DNA of 62,833 nt, filler included, from Basidiobolus ranarum (lineage: Eukaryota): assembly GCA_040143965.1 (NCBI GenBank). It is 4 parts of 4 records of this genome, joined end to end, with 100 filler letters (N's around TTAATTAATTAA, not from the genome) between each part and the next. Parts side by side here need not be neighbours in the genome. Positions count along the whole stretch, not along the records: positions 1 to 15,731 come from JASJQH010000370.1; 3 more parts are not named here. One strand, 5' to 3'. The translations under genes and the position numbers were made by a program. Shown piece after piece: positions 1 through 10,990 of the stretch (the first letter of the stretch is position 1; the number at the start of each line of letters is the position of its first letter). The notes under the pieces were generated by a model. The model searched no databases and was not told where the DNA came from. It saw only the letters and a list, made by a program, of their open reading frames with translations.

Positions 1-28
1 GGGGATGGGCTAGATACCTTTGGCTCTG

Positions 29-113
29 GAAATTAAGCTTGAGACAAGAGGCATTGATTATGGGAATGATCAGACTAGAAATTAAGCATGAGACAAGTGT
101 CAGTGATCAGGGA
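29..113. repeat. Imperfect direct repeat (49-bp period) upstream of the DDCC gene
   Basis: gaaattaagcttgagacaagaggcattgatta (29) vs gaaattaagcatgagacaagtgtcagtgatca (78). Confidence 0.8.
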
Positions 114-186
114 GGTTGTCAGCATGTGAGGAGTATCAAATAGCCAGATTTCCATCCCATCAGAGGTAATACTCCCAGGTTAGTCT

Positions 187-274
187 TTTTATATATAAGC
201 AAAGCATCTGCTTTTACACTTAACACTATCTTCTTCCTCTCCCACTGCCACTCTTCAAATTCTCTATCTCCAAT
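187..274 (+). promoter_or_regulatory. TATA box and pyrimidine-rich leader of the DDCC gene
   Basis: TTTTATATATAAG about 80 nt before ATG 275, CT-rich leader, AAT-ATG start context. Confidence 0.65.
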
Positions 275-694
275 ATGAAGTTCTCCTTCTCCAAAGTCAC
301 CTTGGTTACCCTGCTTGGTGTTGTTTTCATGACCAAGGTACTCTCCCTCCCTCAAGGCCAGGCTGGGCACTCACTTCAGAAAAGGGGAGGCAGAGGTGGT
401 TGGGATGACTGCTGTGATGATTGTTGTGATGACTGCTGCTGGGATGATTGCTGTGATGATTGTTGTGATGACTGCTGCTGGGATGATTGTTGTGATGATT
501 GTTGTGATGACTGCTGCTGGGATGATTGCTGTGATGATTGTTGTGATGACTGCTGCTGTGATGATTGTTGTGATGACTGCTGTGATGATTGCTGCTGTGA
601 TGACTGTTGTGATGATTGCTGCTGGAACTCTGGTAGATACTTCTTGAATAGCACTGATTGTGTTTTCCAGATCACAAAAATTTATTTGAGGTAA
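275..694 (+). CDS. Secreted Asp/Cys-repeat protein: signal peptide, KR site, (DDCCDDCCDDCC[W/C])n; last ~22 aa derive from antisense copia sequence; gene or pseudogene
   Basis: MKFSFSKVTLVTLLGVVF signal-like N-terminus, SLQKR|GG Kex2-type site, TATA upstream, repeat units vary mainly at third codon positions in this frame. Confidence 0.7.
   Translation: MKFSFSKVTLVTLLGVVFMTKVLSLPQGQAGHSLQKRGGRGGWDDCCDDCCDDCCWDDCCDDCCDDCCWDDCCDDCCDDCCWDDCCDDCCDDCCCDDCCDDCCDDCCCDDCCDDCCWNSGRYFLNSTDCVFQITKIYLR
404..625 (+). repeat. 39-bp tandem repeat (about 5.7 units, 12-bp subunit) coding 34 Asp, 36 Cys, 4 Trp
   Basis: gat gay tgy tgt gat gay tgy tgt gat gay tgc tgc tgK units. Confidence 0.97.
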
Positions 695-2735
695 AAAATC
701 TGCATTTTCAGCAAAAGCCACATTTCTGCACTTAATTAACTTCTGTTTTTTGGTATCAAACAGTCTGTAGGCCTGAGATCCATCACAGTAACCAATGAAT
801 ATGCATTATCTGCTTTTTGGTTCCAATTTAGAGCACTTTTGAGCTGGAATAAGGCAATATGCAGGGCAACCAAAGATCCTGAGATGAGGCTCACTTGGTT
901 TTGATCCATAAAGGGCTATAAATAAAGTTCACTTTGTAGCAATCTTGTTGGGCAGCTGTTTTTGATATAGACTGCAGTCAACACAGATTTAGCCCAATAT
1001 TGGTAATCTAAATTTTGATCTTTTTGCATTGATATTGCCATCTCAACTATAGTTTTATTAGCATGTTTGGCAACTCCATTATGCAGTGGAGTATAAGCTA
1101 TGCTAGTTTACTGCTTAATTCCATGTTTAATACAAAAACAAGCAAATTCTCTAGAGCAGCTTTCTCTACTATTTTCACCCATCAGTACCCTTAATTTTTG
1201 TGCTGATTCTTTCTCAGCCATTGCTTTGTAGTGCTTGAATGTAGCAAAGGCTTTAGGTATTGATTTGAGAAAGAATACCCAAGTACAACTTGTTTTTGTC
1301 ATCAATAAAGCACATAAAATACCTTTTGTGACCTAGTGTGACTCTTACATGGGCCCACATAGGTCATAATAAATCAAGGCTAAATTCTGAGTGGGAATCT
1401 CTCCAGCACTTGAAAATGGCTATCTGTGATGTTTTCCATATATTCAATCTTTACACAGATCTAATTCAGTGATATATGCAATTTCTTAGCCTGGAACAAG
1501 CTGATTTAAATCATTTGGATCAGTTTTTGTTCCCCATCATGGCCTAATCATCTATGCCACATATGACAGCTTATTTCACAGGTCTTTGCCAAGTTTGCAT
1601 GTTCAGGATGCACTTTGTTGATTTCTTTCTTGTATAAGTTTTGAGTTTTGAGCCAAGTAGCTGATTTGGTATTATTTTGATCTGTGATAGTGCATCCAGC
1701 CTTGCTGAACACAAAACTTAGTCCTTGCGTTGTTGCTTGGCTTACTGAGAGTAGATTTGTGACTATATTTGGCACATGTAGTATATCATTCAATTTTTCA
1801 GATGTTGTAGCTAGATTTTGTTCTAAACTGAGCACAAGTGCACCCTTACCAGTTGCATATAGTGCATAGTTTTCACCTCAGTAGAATTTCCTTTTTTGGC
1901 TGGGTTTTAAGCTGGAAAGCCAATCTTTCTTGTTTGACAAATGTAGGGAAGCTCCTGAATCAATGTACCACAATTCTGAGCCTTCTGCAGTGGTTACTGA
2001 TAGGGCTGACTCAAGTACATGACTCCTATCAGTGCATACATGATTTGCCTGCTCTAATTTTTGCTTGTTGGCAAATATCCTTTTTCCACATCTTACAGCT
2101 CGAAAAAATGCCTGATCTGTATTACTTTGCTTGGCATTAGATCTCCACAATTCCTCATTCAAAAGCCTAGCACCAATATATTCCATTGCTTATGGCCGTG
2201 ATCTTGGTTCTAGGGTAATTATGAGGTTCCCAAAATTGTCTGGCAGGCTCCTAAGTAGTATCTTGACTAAGTCATCTTCATTTAGAGGAGCTTCAATGGA
2301 TGAGAGCTGACCGGCCATAGTTTTGATCTGATTTATGTGATTAGCCATAGAATCATCAGAGTTATTCAGAATTGGGACTCATTTTGGCCCAAGATATAGC
2401 CCTATTGGCCAGACTTTTAGTCTCATAGAATACCCCAAGTGTTTCCCAAGCAGTTTGGATATTCTTGGCTGAGTGTATGTGCCTCAATAGAGAGTCTCTG
2501 ATATGTGGACAAGATGTACAGAGTGCTTTCCTCTGCATCTTGTTAAAGGCAAAGATAGCTTCTGGTGAACCCTTTGGCTCTATTTCTTCTCCTCTAACAA
2601 ATCCTCAAAGGTCTTTGTCTTTTAGCACTATTTGCATCTTGAACTTCCAAAGGTCAAAGCCATCACTATCAAATTTTCTATGGAAGCAAAAGTATTGGTA
2701 AGAGTACTGGTAGTTTCTCCTTTAACAGCTACCAT

Positions 2736-2748
2736 GGGACTCATAACC
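2736..2748 (-). promoter_or_regulatory. Copia primer-binding site (initiator tRNA-Met half-molecule type)
   Basis: GGTTATGAGTCCC directly after the LTR end (...TTATCA) and directly before the gag ATG at 2735. Confidence 0.85.
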
Positions 2749-2879
2749 TGATAAAAGTGTTTGGGGGATTTGGAATGTTATTTTCTATCAACTTAGAAGT
2801 TCTCAGACATAAAGTTTTGGTCAAGCTTGTGCAGGAAGTCCTAAACTTTGCACATCTGTTCCTGGGACCTTCATTAACA
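2749..2879 (-). repeat. Short (~131 bp) 5' LTR of the copia element
   Basis: TGTTAA...TTATCA termini on the minus strand, adjacent to the PBS; partner LTR not seen. Confidence 0.65.
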
Positions 2880-2989
2880 CATTCTACACATTAGTTTAGC
2901 TTATCTTGACATAACCACCAATGTGAACTTTCTACTCAAGAAAACAATGAGTGAAAACCACCCATTTCTCTAATTCTCCAAATTCCTTC

Positions 2990-3300
2990 TAGCAGGCACC
3001 CAAATACTTTAACAGTAACCACATTTCTGGGTTTAGTATGTTTTTCTTCTTTTGCACTTCTATCAAATTGATCTTTGCTTATATGGCCAGTTCTTTTATA
3101 GTAATCACATGTTGTGTTACTTTTTTTCTTGATGTGCTTTGGCACTATGTAGGAATGTTACCCATATTTTTTTATAGCATTAACTTTGTTCTTTTCATTG
3201 CCTTCTCATTTGCATATATCTTCAACCATTAACAAATCCAATATATTTAGTCCCAATCAGATTGCCAATAAATCTTTCTCCTTCTGAAGAGGATCAGAGG
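2990..3300 (-). mobile_element. Second retrotransposon gag remnant (degenerate CCHC knuckle)
   Basis: TCDYYKRTGHISKDQF resembles Cx2Cx4Hx4C. Confidence 0.5.
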
Positions 3301-3334
3301 AACAACATTTTGATACTATCAATCATGTATTGAC

Positions 3335-4920
3335 CTATATCACCAGTGCTCACAGATAGCTTCTTAGTGCCTTTAATTATGAAATTGAGCAGTTATATAA
3401 TGGTATTCAAATGAATTAATATTTTTTCAAAGCTAATATCATTATATGTATTAGTAACAATCCTGCCATCAGTAAACTTGGAGGTTTTAGTAGGCAAAAT
3501 GCACTATCTTCCTCTAGATCCTGTCAGATCAACAAAGTTTACTTTGCCAGGCATCCAAATTGCTACTATCTAAATACAACACTATGCATCATGGTTTGGC
3601 AGCATTAGGAGTTGTTTATGCAGGTTGTCAACATACTCTAATGCATCAAGCCATATTGGCAGATCCCAATAGTCACAGCAACGGTGCAAAGATTTTGTAA
3701 TTTAATATGAAAAACTTTATCACTGGTTGAATGAAGATATATGGAATCTATGCCAGTTTCAATACATTACCTGCTTCATCTTTCACAATGCTTAGAGATT
3801 ACAGGCACTTGCTATACATTCTGGAAGTTCCCATTGGAGTGTACCAGTAATGGAATGATGCTTCATGTAAAATTGTCAGTATAACTGTATGCTGATCTGA
3901 TTAATAATGGTTCAGCAAAATCAGTAATGGGTATAATGCAATGTGTATGGAGACTCCAGACTATATTAACCTTCCAACACAAGGCTCTTTTCAGTGTACT
4001 CATGGGTTTTTGCACTGTTTGAGCACAATAACAGTTACAAACCCCAATCCATGGACACACATTAATTACCACTGTGAATGGAACTATTTTGGTCATGTGT
4101 TAAAGTGACAGTCCTGGTAGCAAAGCTGCAAGACAGACTTCTTGGAGAGAGAGATCAAGAAACACAGTTTCATTCTTTTATCAATGGGGTAATCTATTTA
4201 AGCAATAACCCATCTACATATGGAAGGACATTTGTTGACCATAAGAGAAGGATATTTTGGCTGAATTCTTTGCAGAAATTTGAGATAGACCAATATACAA
4301 TGTACTGTTATTTTAGCCATGGGGTAAAAATTTGAGCAATGATGTTTCTACCTGTGCCAAGACATTTGTTGACTGCCAGTTGAGGATGTTTTGATGAATT
4401 CTCTAGGGAAATTTGCAAAAATCCAAGAGCTTACTTTCACTGTCAATGGTAACATGAGTCATCTATTTGCCAAGTGCCAGTGCTACTCCAAATATAGATG
4501 TTTAGCAATTATTCCTTCATTTGTTTGCTGCTAAAGCATGATAATGTTGTTACATTATGTCTGATCAATCAAGTATGTGCAAATGTAGAGACTAAATCCA
4601 TGGAGTTTCTTGTGTGTTTTGATTTCATTATGGCTGAAATAAAAAGCCCAAAATATCTCAATTGAGACACACACATTAATTTGAATTCCTAGATCAGTAA
4701 ATTCAGTAATATGCCATTCAAAGAGTGGTTTTTTCCAATCATTGCTGGAAATTAACTAATGCATGCCAAATTACAGGTTTAATGCTTCACCATGTATGAT
4801 TATTGCTGTAATACCATTGAGAAGCCATTATGACACCATCAAAATATCTGGTAGAATTCAAGCCACCATTATTATGATGGTCCTGTAATAGCTTTGTGTT
4901 CAAGTTTATTTTTCTTAGGG
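3335..4920 (+). mobile_element. CMC/EnSpm-like transposon, deleted 3' half including right terminus
   Basis: Colinear with 13460-15353; DSFLVPLI motif and EYEKLY/IHxLLHL-type C-terminal region; ends TTTATTTTTCTTAGGG at 4920. Confidence 0.85.
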
Positions 4921-6845
4921 AGTATTGGAATTTGTTGAATCATAAGTGCATAGTGCCTATTGGAAGCTCTGGCTCCAGCAAATCCCCTTTAAAAATATAA
5001 TCTCTGAGCTATTGCTGAACCCAAGTTTGATGTTTTACTGGCTGTGTCATGAATTGTTATCAATGAACATGTTGAAATCTAACCAGGGTTTTAATGGTAT
5101 AATCATTGTGTGTAGTGTTGTATTTGGATAGTAGTAATTTGTATTTCTGGAAGAGTAAACTCCATTGATCTAACATAATATACTGCCAGATAGTGAATTG
5201 GGCCAAAATTTGCTCATTGAGAAACCAGTCAGCCCCAATGCAAATGTAAGATCATTTGATATCTCAAAGTAACCTTGACTTTTGAGATTCTGGCAATGAT
5301 ATCCATCAGGTTTATTGGTAATACTTAGAGCTTTACAGAGTACTTTGGTACCAGATCAATGATATATATTTGTGTGATTTCATCAGAGCTAGAAGAGAAA
5401 GAATTAACATTATGTATGGCTAATATGATCACCATTTCCATGATTCAGTGAATGCCAACTGTGTGCAAGTAGTATGTGATTTCAGGTTTTTCAGATCACT
5501 GTTCAGGGCCAAACAACCATTTGGATATCAATAGAGTTGAAATGCTGAAGGATTAAATGTCACACAAATGACAAGTGTTTTCCACTTGTAACAGGTGTGT
5601 GGCAAGCAAAAGTTGCTGATTAACTGTGGTAAAGCTGGAAGAAAACCAATAAACACCTGGTTGCCAAGATTGGATTGAACTCACCACTCCTGAATAATCA
5701 AAGCTGCTTCCTTTACTGTAAGTGTTATGAGTGGACTAATGCTTGCCAACAACAAAGAGTCTGTGACAAAACTATCATCTTGTTCTGATATGTGGGCATG
5801 AGTACTGGAATAACCAATGTCAACATCTAGCAGCATGTCCCCAAAGTTTGCTGGACTTATTGATTCAACCAAAGTGGCCTACTATCTATGTTGTACTGGT
5901 CATATAGCTGTGATAACTACATGGTATCTTGAGTTTCAATAGGATTACTGTAACTATGAGGCAAAGCACAGCTAATGGACTCATCAGGTAAAACTAAAGT
6001 TGTTTTTGTACACTTGCTACAATTGAAACTCACCAGGCTTTGTGTAGCTGGTGGCTTTGTACAGTGGTTGTGCTACGGATTATTGTTTCCATGAAGCCTC
6101 CAGCTTTCATAGCACAAGAATTTGTGCCAATCATAGCATGGCCTCTTTTAACATTTACATTGTGTCATGAAAAGTACATTATAGAAAAAGGAATACCCAT
6201 TTTGAAGAGATGATGTTTTAGCTATATCCTGCCAATATCATTGGTTGACTCTGAGAGAGTGTCACAGATGTGTTATCAAGGGATCTACAAGATTGTCCAA
6301 TGATAGATTGCATTTTGGTTTATCATGAGTTGTTTCTAAGATATATCATTCAGCAAGTTTACCATCTGTGTATTTCATTGCCATTGAGAAAGTAATCAAA
6401 ATTCAAACTAAAATTGGTGTTGAAGAAGAAATCTGCTGGCAGGAATGGGAAAGAAGGTGGTAAGAACCTGGAACTTAATAAATGAGCAGTGTAGGCAATT
6501 ACTATCTACTTTTGAAGGCATTAACATGCCAGGAACTAACTCAAGAAATGATGAAGCAGTAATCATTTACCCAAACTATTGCTTTATATCAAAAGTGCCA
6601 CTGAAGATATTACAATCTTACAGTTACATGGTAAATTATTAGTCAAGCAAACAGAAACACAGTCATGACCATCAACTTCTAAAATGCTTATTTTGAATGC
6701 TATGGAATATCCCTCTGTAGACAATCAGGCTAGAATCATTACAACAAGGGAATCCTGGACAGAAGACTGTAATGAAATATATGTGCTCAAAAGCAAAAAA
6801 TACAAAGTTGCTAAACAGGCCATGATAAGTAATTTAAATGAAACT
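4921..6845 (-). mobile_element. CMC/EnSpm-like transposon fragment, inverted and more diverged
   Basis: Reverse complement aligns with ~11880-13905 (e.g. 4945-4980 vs 13843-13885). Confidence 0.85.
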
Positions 6846-6849
6846 TTAA

Positions 6850-7065
6850 CATCCGTGGATGTATATTAAACAGTTGTTTAGGTGAAATTGCCAAGATCAT
6901 TCTAATATAATTAAACTCTGCTACAGGAGCAAGTGTTTCTATATAGGCATCTCCTGGTGTTTGGGAATAGCTTTTAGCTATTTTTATAGCCTTGTACCTC
7001 TCTATATTGGCATCAGAGTTATTTTTAACTTTATTCACCCATTAGCAGCCATCTGCTTTTCAACC
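6850..7065 (-). mobile_element. Copia reverse-transcriptase (RVT_2) N-terminal fragment
   Basis: WVNKVKNNSDANIERYKAIKIAKSYSQTPGDAYIETLAPVA matches YKARLVAKGYSQ..G.DY.ETFAPV. Confidence 0.9.
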
Positions 7066-7069
7066 ATCT

Positions 7070-8892
7070 GTACATGACTGCAGGTTTTTCAGATCACCAG
7101 TGAAAGCCAAACAACCATTTGAACATGAAGGTAGGTTAATTACTGAGGGACTATAATTCATACAATTGACAAGTGTTTTCCACTAGTACCAGGTCTGCAG
7201 CAAGCAAAAGTTGCCAGTCAATTGTGGTAAAAGTGTAAGAAAACCATCAAAGACCTGGTTGCTAAGATTGGATAGAACTCTCCACTCCACAATAATGAAA
7301 GCTACTTCCTTTACTGTAAGTGTTATAAGTGGATTATTGCTTACCAATAACAAAGAGTCCATAACAAAACCATCATCTGGTTCTTCAACTTCTGATATAC
7401 TACCATCAGTACGGCAATAACCAAGTTCAACATCCAGCAGCATGTCCTCAAAGTTGTCTGGACTTACTGGCTTGAACAAAGTTAAATTTCTATCTACATC
7501 ATACTGGTCATATAACAGTGGTAACTCCCAAGTATCTTGACTTTTGGCAGTGTTACCAAATATTTGAGGCAAAGTACAGTCAGTGGACTCAGTGGGAAAA
7601 ACTAAAGTCAATTTTGTCCACTTATTACAGATGACATTCACTAGGCATTGTGCAGATGGTGGCTTTGTGCAGTAACCATGCTTGTGATTGTTTTTTCTAT
7701 GAAGCCTCTGGCTTTCATAGCACAAGATTTGTTGACAATAATAGCAAGGCTTCTTTTAATGTTGGTGTTGCAGCATGAGAAGGATATTGTGGAAAAAAGA
7801 ATACCTCCTATGTAAGGGTGATATTTTAGGCATAGCCCATCAATATTATCAGCTGCTTCACAGATGGTGTTGCAGATGATTCATCAGGGGACTTACAAGA
7901 TTTTTCCATTAATGTATGGCAATTTTGGTTAATTACAAATGTTTCTAAGCAATTTCATTACACCGAGTTTACCATCTGAAAATTTCAATGCCATTCAAAA
8001 AGCATTCGAAATCAAAATTAAAATTGCCTTCCAGCCAAAGCTTGCTGGCACAAAAGGAAAAAAACCAGCAAGAACAGAGGACTTAGTTAATGAGCTGTCT
8101 AGTGATCCACTTTCCACTTTGGCTGGCATTAACATGCCAAAAATCAAGTCAAGTAAGGATGAAGCATTAATCAGTTTACCAGATATGTCCCTTTCCAGCA
8201 ATAGTACAAGTACAGAGATCATAATCCCCCAATTATGTAGCATATCAATAGTTGAGCAAAGCTTAACCAAAACACCATCAAGACCTTCAACTTCCAACAT
8301 GGCTACTCTGCCCACTATTGAACAACCCTCCATACAAAATATGGATAGAATTATTACAACATGTGAAATACAGGCAGAACAACATAATGATTTGTATGCA
8401 ATCATAAGCAGAAACCACAAAGTTGCTATACAGGCCATGATCAGCAGTAATGCCACATAGAACAATTAATGCAGCATTTGGAAGCAACTAATCAACAGTT
8501 AGAGAGTCACTCAACAATGATACAAGACCTTCAGAATCTTGTACCTGACCTACAGCACCATGTTGCTCCCTCCATCCATTCTCATACAGGATTCAATAAA
8601 TCTCACACCATACTTATGAACATCTCCTTGACAATCAAGCAGAGCAGAATATGTGTTGGACCATTAAGCCTACACAATGTCCTGAAATTGCCTGGGCACA
8701 TGAAATTAGAAATCTCATAGGAAAACTGGCAAACCAAAAGACTCTGATTGTAAGAGCTGCTGTCACTTGCTCTGATGATGAGTGGTTAAACATTTTAGAA
8801 ACTATGTGGAATCTGGCCCAAAATCACCTGGATCTGAGCCAATTGTGGAAAAACCAAAAACCAGGTGATACTCTGAAGGTTCCTGACTTATT
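7070..8892 (-). mobile_element. CMC/EnSpm-like transposon fragment, inverted; its accessory ORF reads on + from 7939
   Basis: Reverse complement aligns with 11440-13085 and 8893-10545. Confidence 0.88.
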
Positions 8893-10764
8893 TCATGAGA
8901 TTTCTACTTTCATGTGCCCAAGCAATATGGGTTGTTGCAAAGGCTTAATGGTCCAACACATATTCTGCTCTACTAGATTGTCATGATGACATTCATATGT
9001 AAGGTGTGGTATTGATTGAAATCCCATATGAGAGTGGACAGAGGGAGCAGCATGTTGATGTAGCTTAAGTATACAATCCAAAGGTCTTGTATCATTGTTA
9101 ATTGACTCTCCAACTGTTTACTAGTTGCTTCCAAACGCTTTATTAATAGCAATATTGTGGCATTATTGCTTGTCATAGCCTGTATAGCAACTTTGTGGTT
9201 TTTACTTATGATTGAATACAAATCATTACAGTGTTCTCCCTGTAATTCCCTTGTTATCATAATTTTATCCAAATTTCCTACACAAGATTGTTCTGCAGTT
9301 GGCAAAGTAGCCATTTTGGAAGTTGATGGTCTTGATGGTGTTTCTGTTGAACTTTGCTCAACTATTAATTTACTATGTAACTGGGGTTTACAATTTCTTC
9401 ATTTACATTATTGCTGGTAAGGAACAGATTTGGTAAATTGATGAATTTTTGATCATTATGTCAGTTAGTTTCCAGCATGTTAATGCCTACCAAAGTGGAT
9501 AGTGGAATGCTAGACTGCTCCTCAATTAAGTCCTCTGTTCTTGCTGGTTTTTTTTCTGTTGAGCCAGCATGCTTTTACTTGGAAGTGGATTTTGATTTAG
9601 ATTTTGAATACTTTTAAAATGGCATTAAGATTCTTAGATGGTAAACTTGGTATAATGAAATTGCTCAGAAACAGCTTATAATAAACCAAAATTGCCATCC
9701 ATTACTGCAAATATCTTGTAAATCTGTTGATGACTCATCTGTGACACCATCTCAGAGTCAGCTGATTATATATATGGGAAATACCAAAAATACCACCTTT
9801 GCATAGGAGGTGTTCTTTTTCTACAATATCCTTCTCAAGCTGCAACACCTACATTAAAAGAAGCCTTGCTATCATTGTCACAAATTCATGTGCTATGAAA
9901 GCCAGATGATTCATAGAAAAAATAATCACAAGCATGGTCATTGTATATAGCTACCTGCTACACAAAGCCTGGTGAATATCAACAGTAATAGGTGCACAAA
10001 ATTGACCTTAGTTTAGCACACTGAGGCTGCTGGCTGTGCTTTACCTCAAAGCTTTGGCAACATTGCTGAAAGTCAACATACCTGGGATTTACCACAGTTA
10101 TATTACCAGCATGATGTAGGTAGAAATTCAACTTTGGTCAAACCAGTAAGTCCAGACAACCTTGATGCCATGCTGCTAAATATTGATCTTCGTCATTCCA
10201 GTACTGATGGTAGCATATCAGAAGATGAAGATGAAGAAGACAATGGTTTTGTTACAGATTCTTTGTTATTGGCAATTATTAGTCCACTCATGTCACTTAC
10301 AGTTAAGGAAGCAGCTTTGATTATTGAGGAGTGGAGAGTTTAATCAAATCTCAGCAACCAGGCATATATTGATTTCTTACACCTTTACCACAGTTGATTG
10401 GCAACTGTTGCTTGCCACAGACCTGGTGCAAGTGGAAAACACTTGTCAGTTGTATGACTTAAAATCCTTCAGTAATTAAACTGCCTTCATGTCCAAATGG
10501 CTGTTTGGCTTTTACTGGTGCTCTGAGAAACCAGGAGTCATGTACTGTTTGCACACAGTTGACAATCACTGAATCAGGTAAATATTGCTCATATTCAGCT
10601 TACTTATCATTGATTCCCTATCTTTAAGTCTTGATGAAATCACACAAATATAGATCATTGAACCATTACCAAACTACTCACTGTAAAGCTGATGGTATTA
10701 CCAATATACTTGATGGAATTCATTATCAGAGTCTGAAAAGTCAAGGTTCTTTTAGAACACATAA
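8893..10764 (+). mobile_element. CMC/EnSpm-like transposon fragment interrupted by insertion of the 10765-15353 copy; resumes at 15354-15422
   Basis: Colinear with 11610-13304; ...gaacacATAA | ATAAgatcatgcatttgc rejoin to match 13295-13370. Confidence 0.88.
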
Positions 10765-10990
10765 CCCTAACTGAAACTTGAGGATTGTTATTGTAGGAAA
10801 ACCATCACAATTTTAATCCATTTAGGATTGACCATTTACTTACTTACTGTCATAAAATATGCAGTTAGATTTGATTTTGATCACATTATTAAGTTACAGG
10901 AGTGAAATTTCAAGATCTCACAAAATAGTTGCACATGATTGGCTACAATTTTGGCAAACTATGGATCAATGCATGTGCAAAAAGCATAAC

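Larger units (their letters stand above)
626..2879 (-). mobile_element. Degenerate Ty1/copia LTR retrotransposon: 5' LTR, PBS, gag, protease, GAG-pre-integrase, integrase; truncated before RT
   Basis: Minus-strand motifs FDLWKFKMQIVLKDKDL*GFV, LLRSLPDNF, WYIDSGASLH, LHVPNIVTNLLSVSQ, WHR*LGH, YTPLHNGVA, HLRIFGCPAY, CIFIGY..AYRLFD; stops and frameshifts. Confidence 0.93.

Noticed and set aside
404-625. CRISPR-like array
   Set aside because: No unique spacers; a coding tandem repeat in a eukaryote
371-721. Alternative-frame repeat ORFs (QQSS, IITT, MIVV)
   Set aside because: Shadows of a stop-free tandem repeat; only the DDCC frame has TATA, signal peptide and third-position variation
632-763. 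Possible GT-AG introns extending the DDCC gene
   Set aside because: Region is explained as antisense copia integrase C-terminus
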